From a virus (Duplodnaviria; Caudoviricetes), in IMG/VR virus record IMGVR_UViG_2882253857_000001, positions 8,239-72,238 of that record: DNA of 64,000 nucleotides; one strand, given 5' to 3'. The notes under the pieces were generated by a model. It was not told the origin of the DNA. It ran no database searches and was given only the letters and a program-made list of their open reading frames with translations. Shown here in pieces: positions 11,201 to 21,169 of this stretch (its first letter is position 1; the number at the start of each line of letters is the position of its first letter). The translations under genes and the position numbers were made by a program.

Positions 11201-13161
11201 GTAACGCCGCCAATAATCGTAGCCAGTGCGGTTAGGGTCGCTCCTATTGGAGTAGCTACGAATGCTTTTTGAGATAAATTGGCCGCATCAGTAGCCGTCT
11301 TCATCCCTAACATAGCCTTAGCTGCATTGGCAAGTCCTGTTACTAATGAAACAAGGCTATACCCTGTAAATAGTTTTGTTCCTGTGTTAAGCGCTGTTAT
11401 TGCTGCACCCAGCAAAAGAGCGCTAGTCATGGTGTTACGAATAGGATCTGGAAGGGAATTGAATCCATCTACTAGAGTTGTTGCTGTTTGTGTTAGTGCC
11501 TTTAGGATATTTAATAATCCACTATCACCCATTGTCACAATCAATTCATCCCATGCAGCCTTGAGTTGTAACGATTGCTTTTCAAGAGTCGTCATAGCAA
11601 GGGCGTTTTCTCGTTGTGCTGATCCGAATGAGTTTTCTGATGTGACTGCTACATCCAAAGCCTTTGAGTAGTTATTCATTAGCGCGATAAATCGCGAAGC
11701 TTGGTCTCCACGAGCGACAGCTTGTGTAATTTCTGCACGCTCAACGTCAGTTAGTACGCTCCACTTCTCTGCAATCTTGCCAAGAAGCTCAGGGAACTTC
11801 ATCATTTCACCGTTAGCATGCTTCATTACGCCCACATATTTCTCAAGTTTATCAACTGCGATATCCCGGCTAGAGAAAGAAATGAACGATTTAATAGCAT
11901 TGCCCGCAACTGATCCCGTGAATCCTGACTGGTTAAGGACTGTCAAGTAACCTATCAGAGTGTCAATATCTACCCCGGCATTTTTAGCAGCTGCGCCGAC
12001 ACGGTTAATCCCTTCAAGCAGCTTTTTAGATGTTGTCGGATAGTTATTAGATACCTCATTAAGCCTGTCCAGTAATCGTTCTGATTCCTCGGCTGCCATA
12101 CCATAGTTAAGGACGGCTCCAGTCATCATTTCCTGCGCTTGTGCCGCGCTCTGGAATGATTGCTCTACGTTAGCTGCCATTAACGCCGTTTGGGCTAGAG
12201 ATTCCGTCTGACGTTCGTCAAAACCCTGCTGAGCGATAAGAGTATATACTTCTGCTACCTCGGTTAAGGCGTAACCATACTCTTTAGCGTTAGAAATCAT
12301 TGATTCTTTGACAAACTCAACGTCTGCCAAATCGCCCATGATCCGCTTGATATTTACCAGTTCGTACTCAAAATCTTTAAGTACAGAAATAGCTTCTGTT
12401 GCCCCTCGCATGACAGCATAGTACATAGTACCGGAGAGCATGTATTGAGATGACTTTTCCAGTACACTGGTCGGACTGAGCATTTTATTCATGCGCGCAG
12501 CGTGCCGCTCTTCTTCCATTTCAAGCTTACGGTTTCCATTGCTAATGAGTTGGAATTCTCGATCAATCCGCGCCTGAATCAGATTCTCTTGTGCGCCAGC
12601 TCCCATTGTCTTTTGTTGCAATAGAGCCATCTTTTGTTGGTGTTGCTGCTCCTGCCGCTCGATCTTTGCTTGACCTGATTTTAATGCCTGTTGCTCTTTT
12701 GTAAGCTTTGATTCGATAACTCGAACTGCTGCATCATTCTTGGTTTGTAGATTAAGCATGCGTTGCTGATGTTCGCGTTCTTGCTGTTCTATGCCTGCTT
12801 GCCTCTTTGCTACCAGAGCCTGTTGCGCCTGAAGCTTCGACTCAACAAGATTGTTCGTCTGGTCAAGCTGCTGCTTCTTGGCATTTAATAACTCAGCTTG
12901 AGCGGTTCTTTGTTTTACCAGAGCTTCTGATTCGGCAAGAATCTTTCTACGCCGTTCTTCAGAAGACAAGGCTATCTTATCCGCTGCACTCGCTAAAGCG
13001 GTGTAGTTCTTTTGAGTAATCGCAAGTTCTGAATTAAGAACCTTGAACGACTCTGCATTACCGCGCGCGCCCTCATCGATCGTCTTAAAAGATTGCAACA
13101 TTTTAGATGTATCAAGGTTAATCCTGGCCCCGACAACATCTTTATTTAATTCATCCGCCAC
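8215..13161 (-). CDS. Tail tape measure protein (TP901-type core)
   Basis: 1648 aa, helical, central TMP core, hydrophobic segments, follows tail chaperones. Confidence 0.92.
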   Translation of the reverse strand: MADELNKDVVGARINLDTSKMLQSFKTIDEGARGNAESFKVLNSELAITQKNYTALASAADKIALSSEERRRKILAESEALVKQRTAQAELLNAKKQQLDQTNNLVESKLQAQQALVAKRQAGIEQQEREHQQRMLNLQTKNDAAVRVIESKLTKEQQALKSGQAKIERQEQQHQQKMALLQQKTMGAGAQENLIQARIDREFQLISNGNRKLEMEEERHAARMNKMLSPTSVLEKSSQYMLSGTMYYAVMRGATEAISVLKDFEYELVNIKRIMGDLADVEFVKESMISNAKEYGYALTEVAEVYTLIAQQGFDERQTESLAQTALMAANVEQSFQSAAQAQEMMTGAVLNYGMAAEESERLLDRLNEVSNNYPTTSKKLLEGINRVGAAAKNAGVDIDTLIGYLTVLNQSGFTGSVAGNAIKSFISFSSRDIAVDKLEKYVGVMKHANGEMMKFPELLGKIAEKWSVLTDVERAEITQAVARGDQASRFIALMNNYSKALDVAVTSENSFGSAQRENALAMTTLEKQSLQLKAAWDELIVTMGDSGLLNILKALTQTATTLVDGFNSLPDPIRNTMTSALLLGAAITALNTGTKLFTGYSLVSLVTGLANAAKAMLGMKTATDAANLSQKAFVATPIGATLTALATIIGGVTLAWSYYNGTQNQAIDTTKQNERDAYALTEKYKELKSIVDDNTKSSNEVKKAKEELTAVIEKLSKIMPEMVTQWDEDGKAMEINAEKMSSFSEEYKNALKVIEEKRLSDLVVDREKLQKELDYLKGKIDGTIGLFDFHGLLKGIEGIFKNDLYVDFDPNNNTEEFSRKLVDVSEKLQQLDSQIQSSQDSLDMLNGKTASAADSTDNLAGSMDDYEDSLDDATDAQDEQYQSTDDLIKAHENLESQIQGNSKAISELNSVSKDLAEGQSLNAANAADLINKYPQLADAIYKTADGWKFEEGAVDALRKAKIQKAIDELEAEKNSAFNVKAATDERLKAYGIEAKAIKSLADLKSNLYGVKAAVGAGNDLMSMFVPGYSSQLIKQTMANDFDAIYNDFEKEMNMYDEKIKALSGMYEDKNFGVSSSKSGGSKDKSKSKSKKDDPLQKQFDASQKYIEHQKAIGRMNTQQELLAWERVQARYKAGSEQRLKADEKVYALRKQLAEEIAKKEKEAYDASMKWISHQKGIREVSAEEELKMLLRVQARYKEGTEERMKLDEQVYAAKKAVEQEYFSEFTKRLNHQKAMEQISTEDEIKAWEKIQEMYREGTDQRMQADEQIYALRKKLLQDEQQSVTVTAKTITTKIESVRNEAVKAIEAERDAFLAAQDAKIEAIDAQIEAMGRIYVEEDYERKLAEKKARLEKLQSAVGPDGIKEREEIQKEIEEMQREHERYLAKQSLEDQKQALQDEKKQKEKDYNDQIQAANDHYRELSSAFDTFSSEIEFKAEDLKQIQIMKESEKNAEILAQLDQFIADYQAKMNRINSLSAPSPSGSLESGLSEEEQDLIRYNNNIDKWHNEKASKEEKMAAHAENESLRKKYGLEKDPGKKLQHFSTGGVVQGVRGQEVPVIAHAGEAFLNEKQQSNLFKLLNFKMPSLNFTMPSFTLPAVSGGSNPQINHNYFTVNSGDTYIEDESTARAYWSERDSFVRRMQARGGGKG

Positions 13162-13206
13162 ATGGTCACCTTCTTGCTAAGGAAAATTTTCCTGACCTGA
13201 AAACAT

Positions 13207-13234
13207 AAAAAAAGCCCACTCCGAGGAATGGGCT
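13207..13234 (-). terminator. Rho-independent terminator after tail chaperone genes
   Basis: AGCCCA...TGGGCT hairpin followed by T7 on minus strand. Confidence 0.6.
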
Positions 13235-13427
13235 ATCTGAAGATTCCCAAATCCGAGAGGAACTTGGCTTTCTTCGGTTTCTTATTTATTTCTCCGCCAT
13301 GCAAAATAACTTCAAGTTCATTCTGCTGCTTCTTGATCTTGGACAAGGCTCTGATCTTAGGTATTGTCATGTTCTCCCATTGGTCATCGGGAACACCCAT
13401 GCTTATGCATAAAGCCCATAACTCCAT
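13233..13427 (-). CDS. Tail assembly chaperone C-terminal part (gpT-like), likely made by frameshift
   Basis: W..MT+P+IR.L pattern; frame is open upstream to about 13515. Confidence 0.65.
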   Translation of the reverse strand: MELWALCISMGVPDDQWENMTIPKIRALSKIKKQQNELEVILHGGEINKKPKKAKFLSDLGIFR

Positions 13428-13503
13428 CCAATCGGTTGAGTTTCCCTTATCCTGATCATCATCGTCTTCGTCCTCCTCATCATCCGAAGGAGGGAACGAC
13501 TCA

Positions 13504-13851
13504 TTATAGAAATCGGGTCAGTAGTTCATCCAATTCTTTCAAGCCGTTTTCATCGACATTCTCATACTCTTCTTCTGTCAGGCCTTCAACTAACACGAGA
13601 TTAAATGCTTCTTTGTATGCGGCTTCGACCGCCGGAAAATCAATCTCTGGTCGTGTGTCAGTAGCTGGCATTTTGTCACGACCAATTGAAAAGGAGAATT
13701 TGTATTCCTTCCCTTTCATGATCTGCCTAACTTTACGAATCATTCCAATGGTTCCGATCCTCACATGCTTAACAATGCCTTCTCCTAGAGTAATTTCAGA
13801 TCCTATATTCAACGTTTGATCCAAAGATTGTTCGTCTTTAACTTCGCTCAT
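13504..13851 (-). CDS. Tail assembly chaperone (gpG-like)
   Basis: Between major tail protein and tape measure; strong RBS AAGGAGG. Confidence 0.75.
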   Translation of the reverse strand: MSEVKDEQSLDQTLNIGSEITLGEGIVKHVRIGTIGMIRKVRQIMKGKEYKFSFSIGRDKMPATDTRPEIDFPAVEAAYKEAFNLVLVEGLTEEEYENVDENGLKELDELLTRFL

Positions 13852-13910
13852 CGTGATTCCTCCTTAAAGTGAGAAAGCCCCTTGTCCAAAGACAAGAGGC
13901 CTTATATTTG

Positions 13911-14696
13911 TTACATAGAGAAAATGATTTCTGCTGCGTATCCGTTTGGGTTATCTGGAGTAACATCTGGTTCCAACACTTCCAACGCCAGTGTGCTTGT
14001 AGAAGGTGTTTTTCTTGTAGCTCCGACATTGAGAGTTCCGCCGCCGATAGCCTTGTAAACAGTCAACTGCACCTGGACAGGCTCACCAGTTCTATCATTG
14101 GTCAACTCAAAACGGTGGATGAACTTGAACGGCTTAGGCTTACGAGTGCCCTTGAATCCGTTTCTCGTACCTTTATCCTTTTTCCATTTATAAACTACGA
14201 TGATATTGCTATCATCATTAGCAGTATCGGAAGTAATCTTTCCGTCTGCTGTAATGGTGTATTGATCCTTTGTCGGTGTCACCGCAGCTCTCTCCAGTTT
14301 CGTCAATTTCCCTTCTGGAGATTTCATGTAAACTTCCTCGCTACCATCCACGAACGTCCCATTAAACTTTTCTGGAGCTTTAATCTGGTATCCAGAGGAA
14401 GTTAGGATTCCTTCCTCATTCTCATCAAATGTGACTTCTCCTTCTTCTGTTGCCGCGCCTTGGGACAATTCCGCAAGTAATGGGGAATAACGCGGAACCT
14501 CGATACTTAGCGTGTCAGCCAAGTCTTGGGCCGTCAGGTGAAACGCATATCCAGACTCGCCGCCGAATACCTTTTCCCATGCAAATTGTGGCGCAAACAT
14601 AACGCTGTTAATCTTCTCGTCAATATACTTCAACGTTCCGTCGAGTTCTCTCGTCCAGATCTTCCCGACTCCATCAAATACCAATGGTTCTGACAT
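13911..14696 (-). CDS. Major tail (tube) protein
   Basis: Position, size, beta-rich composition, downstream hairpin. Confidence 0.75.
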   Translation of the reverse strand: MSEPLVFDGVGKIWTRELDGTLKYIDEKINSVMFAPQFAWEKVFGGESGYAFHLTAQDLADTLSIEVPRYSPLLAELSQGAATEEGEVTFDENEEGILTSSGYQIKAPEKFNGTFVDGSEEVYMKSPEGKLTKLERAAVTPTKDQYTITADGKITSDTANDDSNIIVVYKWKKDKGTRNGFKGTRKPKPFKFIHRFELTNDRTGEPVQVQLTVYKAIGGGTLNVGATRKTPSTSTLALEVLEPDVTPDNPNGYAAEIIFSM

Positions 14697-14740
14697 AATA
14701 ATTTATCCCTCCTTAGGTAATAAAAAAGAACCTGTGAATA

Positions 14741-14941
14741 TCACTTCACAAGCTCCCATAATTGCTTATCGATTACCTGAATACGTTTGTATTCCTCGGT
14801 TTCTTTGTAGCCTTTAATCGGCTCCAAATCGCCCATAATGCCAAGCTTTTTAGATAAGGTGATCTTCTCGTTAATTAATCTTTCAAGTTCAGTAGGCTCC
14901 TTCTTATCCCGGACTTGCTTAGCTTCACCCACCATATTCAC
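14741..14941 (-). CDS. Hypothetical protein
   Basis: Fills the operon gap with an RBS. Confidence 0.6.
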   Translation of the reverse strand: MNMVGEAKQVRDKKEPTELERLINEKITLSKKLGIMGDLEPIKGYKETEEYKRIQVIDKQLWELVK

Positions 14942-14947
14942 CTACTT

Positions 14948-15382
14948 TCAATTTATTCTGTGGTAATTTACATCAAAGATGCTTTCATACCCCTTTACGC
15001 CAGAGATTCCAGTTGCAAAATAATCAGCATAAGCCAAAAAGCAACGAGACGACATGAAGTTCTTGTCCCGGATATGCTTATCATGGAACAATTCGAATAC
15101 TCTATCTGCAATCTGTTTAGCCTGATTACTGTTTTTACCGTAGATGTCGAGAATGAATTTACCTTCATAAACAAGATAGTTACGACTAAAACGACCCGGC
15201 TTAAGGTATATCAGCATCATAGGTACATCCTGACTTGTTATGGCCTTGTCCGGTTCTATGCCTTTAACCATCCGTCTCACAATACTTTCCGAAGGCGAAG
15301 ATGGAGTCAGCCCAAAGAACGCCATGAATTGCTCATCGCGCTTTAATGTATTGTATATAGCATCAATAAGCTTGTCTCCCAT
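14948..15382 (-). CDS. Tail terminator-like protein
   Basis: Position; F.+D+Y...AK.IA.R+..L pattern. Confidence 0.65.
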   Translation of the reverse strand: MGDKLIDAIYNTLKRDEQFMAFFGLTPSSPSESIVRRMVKGIEPDKAITSQDVPMMLIYLKPGRFSRNYLVYEGKFILDIYGKNSNQAKQIADRVFELFHDKHIRDKNFMSSRCFLAYADYFATGISGVKGYESIFDVNYHRIN

Positions 15383-15386
15383 CAGA

Positions 15387-15959
15387 TCACCTCTGAATAA
15401 AGTATTTGTGATACGGAAAATTAGTTATGACTTGGCTGATCCCCTCAAGGATTCTGTTCCTGTTCGATTGCAAGGCAATTCTTAGAAAGAATGTAGGTGG
15501 AGTTGGTCCATAGCTCGGATCAATATCCCCACGTGCTGCCAGTTCTTCCAAGTCTACTCCGATATAGGAACCACCTGAGCGGCGAACCTCTCCGTCAATG
15601 CCTTTGTATGTTCCTTGCGGACGACCGACAACCACCCTCGATCCTTTTGACCGGACACGGTTCCAATACTCACTATTCATGTAAGTAATCAATCCAGGGT
15701 TCTCACTCGGACCTGCCATCAATGACCCTTTACCAAACTGTTCTAACCATGCTTGCCAGTAATCCGCTGTTATTTCTCCTTCGATCATTCGATTCGCAAG
15801 GTTGGTCAGTTCCATCTTCAAGTGATTCCTGACCTCTGGATAATAGCGTATATTGCTTTTAGCTGTAAGCATGACCAATTTGGTAAGTCCTGCAACCTCT
15901 ACCGTTAAACTCCTTTGCAAATCATAGGCTGCCCTCTCTGCATCGTATCCGGCAATCAT
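15387..15959 (-). CDS. Tail completion protein (HK97 gp10-like)
   Basis: EQFGKGS and P..F+R.A motifs; position in neck module. Confidence 0.6.
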   Translation of the reverse strand: MIAGYDAERAAYDLQRSLTVEVAGLTKLVMLTAKSNIRYYPEVRNHLKMELTNLANRMIEGEITADYWQAWLEQFGKGSLMAGPSENPGLITYMNSEYWNRVRSKGSRVVVGRPQGTYKGIDGEVRRSGGSYIGVDLEELAARGDIDPSYGPTPPTFFLRIALQSNRNRILEGISQVITNFPYHKYFIQR

Positions 15960-16528
15960 CGCATATCATCCGATAGTTGGACATGCAACAGATTTGGATA
16001 CTTCAGATCGTCAACATCATCAACCTGATATGGGCGGCCATTCAGAAATACGCGATCTGGAGATTGTAACTCTTGATCTTGTGGCCGCTTTACATCAACA
16101 GATGTTTGCAAGATAAGAATGTGAGTTGTAGTTGATAGAAGCCCAGGATCTTCAAGTCGAAGCTTTGCCGTCACGAATTGAGCAAACCCGTTCACCGTTT
16201 GAACAGTGATAAAGTCAGGATCTCCCTTCGGGTTGTCGTTATCGTCATACTCTTGTTTGTAGCGTTGTATTTCGGCCGTGACGTTCGTTTTGAGTAAGGA
16301 GCAATACTTATCCTTCTCCGTAGTCAAACGCATCGTCTGAACCAAATAGAGGCCGTCTGCTTCAATGTATGAGCCAGCAGTAACATCCGAAGTTGGAGCA
16401 AACAGGCCGTTGTATAGATATTCCTTGCCTATAATCGTTGTTGCTTTAGTTTCCCTCGACAAGATAACGACATCTTGATTCCCATCCACTGTACACGGCG
16501 TATGACGATGCGAGAAATCATAAAACAT
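15956..16528 (-). CDS. Head closure protein (two-module)
   Basis: Position; C-terminal DRVFLNGRPYQV motif. Confidence 0.6.
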   Translation of the reverse strand: MFYDFSHRHTPCTVDGNQDVVILSRETKATTIIGKEYLYNGLFAPTSDVTAGSYIEADGLYLVQTMRLTTEKDKYCSLLKTNVTAEIQRYKQEYDDNDNPKGDPDFITVQTVNGFAQFVTAKLRLEDPGLLSTTTHILILQTSVDVKRPQDQELQSPDRVFLNGRPYQVDDVDDLKYPNLLHVQLSDDMR

Positions 16529-16536
16529 CTGATCAC

Positions 16537-17100
16537 CTACCTAAATGACCGTATCTTATATTCTGATAACAGATCGGCAATTTCGGGATTGACCATTCCA
16601 CTACCGAAGTATTCAATGCTAAAATCAAAGTCCTTCTTCGCTTTAACATTACAGTTTGGATTTGAAGCAACTTGACCAACAAGCAACCCACAAGCTACCT
16701 TTACCTTTTCAGGTATCGGGTCCCAGCCACTTGAATAGGTAACCTCCAACTCTGTATACGGTGAGCCGAATAGATTGCCTCCGCACATGACTGTTCCAAT
16801 TCGCCTGTCAATATCAACATAATTAGGATCAACAGTTTCGAATTCTGAAACGCCAAAGAAGTTATCTCCTGTCCATCCGTATGCCGCTCTCCCCTTGACT
16901 TCTTCGACATTCATCACAGGATAATAGGATAGATGACCCCTGCCGTTTGTTAACGGAATGCGTTCGGTATATGTTGACAATGAGATTGATCGTTTACAGT
17001 ATCCATCTATAATGGCGGATGCCCGAAGTATTAAGCTTTCTGTCGGAACTGTGCCGGTAGGAAAATAGTCGGTATCATCAACCGTTAGATACTTGCTCAT
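16537..17100 (-). CDS. Head-tail adaptor
   Basis: ASAIIDGYC...VTYSSGW..IPEKVK.AC...LL.EY motif. Confidence 0.75.
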   Translation of the reverse strand: MSKYLTVDDTDYFPTGTVPTESLILRASAIIDGYCKRSISLSTYTERIPLTNGRGHLSYYPVMNVEEVKGRAAYGWTGDNFFGVSEFETVDPNYVDIDRRIGTVMCGGNLFGSPYTELEVTYSSGWDPIPEKVKVACGLLVGQVASNPNCNVKAKKDFDFSIEYFGSGMVNPEIADLLSEYKIRSFR

Positions 17101-17552
17101 TCAATGTATCCAGCTTTCTGCAAATCTTCGGCCAACTCAGGAGTAACGTCAGATCTTCCATCGACAAAGCTCACGATTCTATTTTTCAAGTGAATCGAAT
17201 GAGTCCCTTTTCGTCCTTCATGCCAGCCTTTCAGGATAACGCCTTTTAATTCAAGATTTTGATTATCAGCAACCACTTTATTCTGTCGTTGTTCTCGTTC
17301 TTTCGAGTCTTGTATTGCCGAATCTTTGAACGCCTTTACAGACGATACCAAACTGGCAAGCGCTTCTTCGTAAACCGACGGTTCACTATCCTTCACTTTC
17401 GAAACTGTGTCAGCTGCCCCAATTGCAGAAGTGAATTCATCGAATGACTCTTTGGTAAATTGACCAATCTCTTCACCAATCGCCGATTCGCTTTTGATCT
17501 TGTTAGCGGCTTCTATGGCTTCTAGCAGCTTATCAAACTTTGACTTAGCCAT
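17097..17552 (-). CDS. Hypothetical head-associated protein
   Basis: ATG at 17552 with RBS GGAGGGAG; follows the capsid gene. Confidence 0.7.
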   Translation of the reverse strand: MAKSKFDKLLEAIEAANKIKSESAIGEEIGQFTKESFDEFTSAIGAADTVSKVKDSEPSVYEEALASLVSSVKAFKDSAIQDSKEREQRQNKVVADNQNLELKGVILKGWHEGRKGTHSIHLKNRIVSFVDGRSDVTPELAEDLQKAGYIE

Positions 17553-17613
17553 TGATACTCCCTCCCTCACAAAATAGAATAGGCGACCGCGTAGGCCGCC
17601 ATTTAATCGATTA

Positions 17614-18612
17614 TTAGCCAATTTTAGCTATAGTAGGACGAATAATCTTGCCGTATGCATGAGCATATGAGGCTCCTTTAGCAACCGGAGCGCCGTATTT
17701 GATACCAATGTATTTCATTTGAAGGTCTGATACCGTTCCAAGTTCAAACAGGAAAGCATCTTTACGACCAACGTAGTGATACTCAATCATCGGCTCTGTT
17801 ACAATTGCAATACCATAGTCTGTCATTGTATTGTCTGTAGAGTTTGCCTCAGATAAAATGAACGGTTCTGGAATAATAGGTAGAATGCCAGCAGAAGTCA
17901 TTACAGCTCTTACTTCCAAACCAGCAACCGTAGTTTTTGTAAGTCCAGCAATTTGAGTGTTATTGTTTGCCGCCTCGCGCTCTTCCTCTTCGAGGTAGTA
18001 GTGACCGATTGGGTCGATGTAAATAGCTGTAGGTCGAAGTTCGAATTTCTCTGAAGCAACCATCGCGGCAACTTTTGCGCGTATACCTGCAACAATAGAA
18101 CCATCTGGAGCGATTTCAAATGTGTTCGTGATCTGTTTTGCGATTCCCACATATTGAAGAGTAGTCGGAGCTGCCAGACTCGTGTCAGTCCCCCTCCAAA
18201 GCGCCTTGCCGTGCGTCAGCGTAATAGCGTTGATCATATCGTTCAGATCCTTCGCCTTTAACTCGGGGAAGTTGTTTTGCTGCCTAGCTAACTCCAAATC
18301 ATAGTGACCAAAATTTACTTGGTTAGTCAAAGCCTTTACTTTCAGAGACTTTGGAGAACGGTTATTACTTACTGCTGTAGCCGAAGGATTGCGAGGATCA
18401 ACGAACTCGCCGCCATTAATTTCTGTTTGTTCGTAGTAAGTTGAGAAGTCGCCTGTAGCTGGAACATAGTTCAAGCGTCCATCCAAGATGGAATTACGGC
18501 GCAAAGCGTCAGTGATTTCCTTTTGATAATCGTCAGTGATCAATGCACCAGGGGCTACGATCTGAGCCGCTGCCGCGATATCTACCCAAGTTGTTGAAGA
18601 TACTCTACTCAT
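17614..18612 (-). CDS. Major capsid protein
   Basis: 332 aa after scaffold/protease, followed by a hairpin. Confidence 0.85.
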   Translation of the reverse strand: MSRVSSTTWVDIAAAAQIVAPGALITDDYQKEITDALRRNSILDGRLNYVPATGDFSTYYEQTEINGGEFVDPRNPSATAVSNNRSPKSLKVKALTNQVNFGHYDLELARQQNNFPELKAKDLNDMINAITLTHGKALWRGTDTSLAAPTTLQYVGIAKQITNTFEIAPDGSIVAGIRAKVAAMVASEKFELRPTAIYIDPIGHYYLEEEEREAANNNTQIAGLTKTTVAGLEVRAVMTSAGILPIIPEPFILSEANSTDNTMTDYGIAIVTEPMIEYHYVGRKDAFLFELGTVSDLQMKYIGIKYGAPVAKGASYAHAYGKIIRPTIAKIG

Positions 18613-18668
18613 GCGTTTACACGCTCCTTATTAATTTTTGGCAATAAAAAAGCAGCAATCCGAATGGA

Positions 18669-19703
18669 TTACTGCTGTTGTTGAGTCAACTCTTTATGTT
18701 TGATTTTTAGTGTCATGGACTGCACAGAATCAAGTCCCATCTTATCGACTGCCGCACAGAACGAAGCGTGATCATTACCTTCACCATCATCCAGCTCCTT
18801 GCCATACTTCGCAAGAAGTTGAGCTGCCGTAGCAGTCTTTCGTTCCGGCTCAGCTGGTGGCGTTCCTTTAGCTTTCAAATCAGCAATCTCTTTCTTAAGC
18901 CTTTCAGCTTCATCTTTAGCAGCTTGAAGTTCAGCGGCAGCCTGTTCCTCTTCCGTTTTCTTGTCTTCGGCTTCCTTAGCTGCCTTCACACTTTCAAGAT
19001 CGGTTTTGATTTCCCCGACTTCAGTCTTTACCTCACCGATTGCTTTATCAAAGCTTGCCGAAATATCGGACTTAAATCCTTCAAGAATTTCTTTCAGTTC
19101 TTTTGGGTCCAAATCGGACACCTCCCCATTTGTTTTATGATTCTTTGCAGCAAATGTCGTTGATTTGAATGCAGCTGAATCAGCGAATAATATTGCTGCT
19201 CCAGTTCCACAGAATTCAATAACATCCAGAACATTATCATCATCTTCCGCATTTTTAACGGATGCTGTCATTTCAAGCGAAGCACCAAACTGATATTCAG
19301 TCCATCCGTACTCTTCCACTAATCCGTTATAGTAGCGAATCGTCGCGATTACGTCCGGGAAGTCCTTTCCATAGACATAACCATCTACCCATGCATAACC
19401 ATCAATTGAGCGGTATGCCTTCTCGATCACGGCCACTTTAAACCGTGGATCGTGGTCTGTCATACCATTAACGTAGTCGATATTAAATGCCATCCCAACG
19501 AATGTTTGAAGGTATTGATCGCATACGCTTGAACTGATGCGGATCTTCTTACCATTCGCTCCCATTGGTGAGCCATCGCTTGGCTGATCAACGGCGAATA
19601 GAGCGCACTTGAAAGGAACCTTATTGGGATGTTCGCTAGCATCCGCTAACTGAAAGCTTTTTACCTTAAGCTTCTCTGTACTCATTTTCAGCGTCTTAAG
19701 CAA
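18669..19703 (-). CDS. Prohead protease/scaffold fusion
   Basis: N-terminal domain with H...GASLE...G.G and an acidic coiled-coil C-terminus; between portal and capsid. Confidence 0.7.
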   Translation of the reverse strand: MLKTLKMSTEKLKVKSFQLADASEHPNKVPFKCALFAVDQPSDGSPMGANGKKIRISSSVCDQYLQTFVGMAFNIDYVNGMTDHDPRFKVAVIEKAYRSIDGYAWVDGYVYGKDFPDVIATIRYYNGLVEEYGWTEYQFGASLEMTASVKNAEDDDNVLDVIEFCGTGAAILFADSAAFKSTTFAAKNHKTNGEVSDLDPKELKEILEGFKSDISASFDKAIGEVKTEVGEIKTDLESVKAAKEAEDKKTEEEQAAAELQAAKDEAERLKKEIADLKAKGTPPAEPERKTATAAQLLAKYGKELDDGEGNDHASFCAAVDKMGLDSVQSMTLKIKHKELTQQQQ

Positions 19704-19741
19704 TTTGTCTCACCTCCTTTCAAGGCAAAATAAAAACACCG

Positions 19742-21052
19742 TTATTCATCGGTGTTAGGTTCGTCAATATTCGGTTCAACAGGATCGTCTGGCGGCTTTC
19801 CCTCTGCTGGTTCATTAATGTTAATGACTGCTGTTTTACCAGGCATCAGCAGGACTTCACCATGTTTATTAGGAAGCTCTTTCATTGCCTTGCCGTCTCT
19901 TACCTCATCAGGAGTGACAACACGTCTATCAAGGTAAATGGCATCAATATCAGCCTTAAGCTTCTGATGTTTAAGAGATGTCTCGTAATGAAATTTAAAT
20001 TCCACGGCTCCGCCTAGATGAAATATTCCATCTATGATGTGGTTATTAATATGTTCAACGATGTTTTCAGCGATGGATTGGATTGTGTCGTCGGTATCGT
20101 CATCCTCACTGTCTGCTGTACTACGGTTAACATCTTTGGTCTGACCCAGTTTCTTCGGCGAGATATCAAACGCTATAGCTACAATCTCGATTAAGAATCT
20201 CTGCCATTCTATGAATAACGCCTTGTCGTCGGTTGCTCCCAAGTCAAGAACAGAAGTTCCTTCGAAACCGCCTATAACAGGCATTTTACCTTGTCCCATT
20301 ACTTCAGAAGTCCAGTATGAAATGAATGCTTTTACAGCTTCTTTATCTGCGCCTTTTCCGAGATTAATTAACTTCTTGAGAAACGTATTCTTTGCCTGTT
20401 TACCTGCCGCACGGTGAGATTCAATGAAGTTATTTACCGATTCCCAAACCGTTTCTAGCGGCGCAAGTCCAAAAGGTGTGTTTGTTCTCGGATTCATTCG
20501 GATATACATCATTTCAGAAGCTTTTAATGAGACATGTTTGCCATTAACGCGCTGTGCATAACGGTATGAATCTGGTTTCCCATCCCAATCTGGGTACAAA
20601 TCAATTGAGAAGCTATCTGTCGGATACATCCTGAATGGTCTCTGCGGATCTCCAGCCTTAAGGATCTCTGACGACCCAGCGCTGCAAACAAGCATATCTT
20701 CAACAATTTGTTCAAGCCACGTGCGAAATGAATCAGCTGGGTTAGGCTTAAGGAGTGACCTTTCAATAATCTTACATACTTCTTTGTATTTATCAGAGTC
20801 ATTCTCATCAATTGCAGCTACTGACCAGTTAAGCTTTGTTATCCCGTTCTTAATGACGTTGATCGCGCGACGAGGAATAGGTGATTCTGATAATAATCTA
20901 AGGTTAGCCGCAGTCCTCTTCGGTACAGGCTGATTATTGCCCTTGCTCATCATAATTCCGAAAGGAAAAGGAAAACTCTCTGTCTGCCGATCCGGTTCAT
21001 TCTTAGTGCGTCCAGCTTCCAACCAATCTATTACCCATTGTCTTAAACCCAA
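19742..21052 (-). CDS. Portal protein
   Basis: LLKPN, GLAPLE, IAIAFDISP, TPDEVR motifs. Confidence 0.9.
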   Translation of the reverse strand: MGLRQWVIDWLEAGRTKNEPDRQTESFPFPFGIMMSKGNNQPVPKRTAANLRLLSESPIPRRAINVIKNGITKLNWSVAAIDENDSDKYKEVCKIIERSLLKPNPADSFRTWLEQIVEDMLVCSAGSSEILKAGDPQRPFRMYPTDSFSIDLYPDWDGKPDSYRYAQRVNGKHVSLKASEMMYIRMNPRTNTPFGLAPLETVWESVNNFIESHRAAGKQAKNTFLKKLINLGKGADKEAVKAFISYWTSEVMGQGKMPVIGGFEGTSVLDLGATDDKALFIEWQRFLIEIVAIAFDISPKKLGQTKDVNRSTADSEDDDTDDTIQSIAENIVEHINNHIIDGIFHLGGAVEFKFHYETSLKHQKLKADIDAIYLDRRVVTPDEVRDGKAMKELPNKHGEVLLMPGKTAVININEPAEGKPPDDPVEPNIDEPNTDE

Positions 21053-21169
21053 CTCATCCCCTCCTTCCCAGAAACATAAAAAAGAGGCTCAGGAAAATTC
21101 CTGACCTCAATTAGTCATTCTTATCTGTATAAAATATATCATTTGATTATTGCTAGATTACTACGGATT

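Noticed and set aside
17553-17621. Capsid frameshift into the downstream ORF
   Set aside because: No convincing slippery site for that frame, an intervening terminator-like hairpin, and the downstream gene has its own RBS
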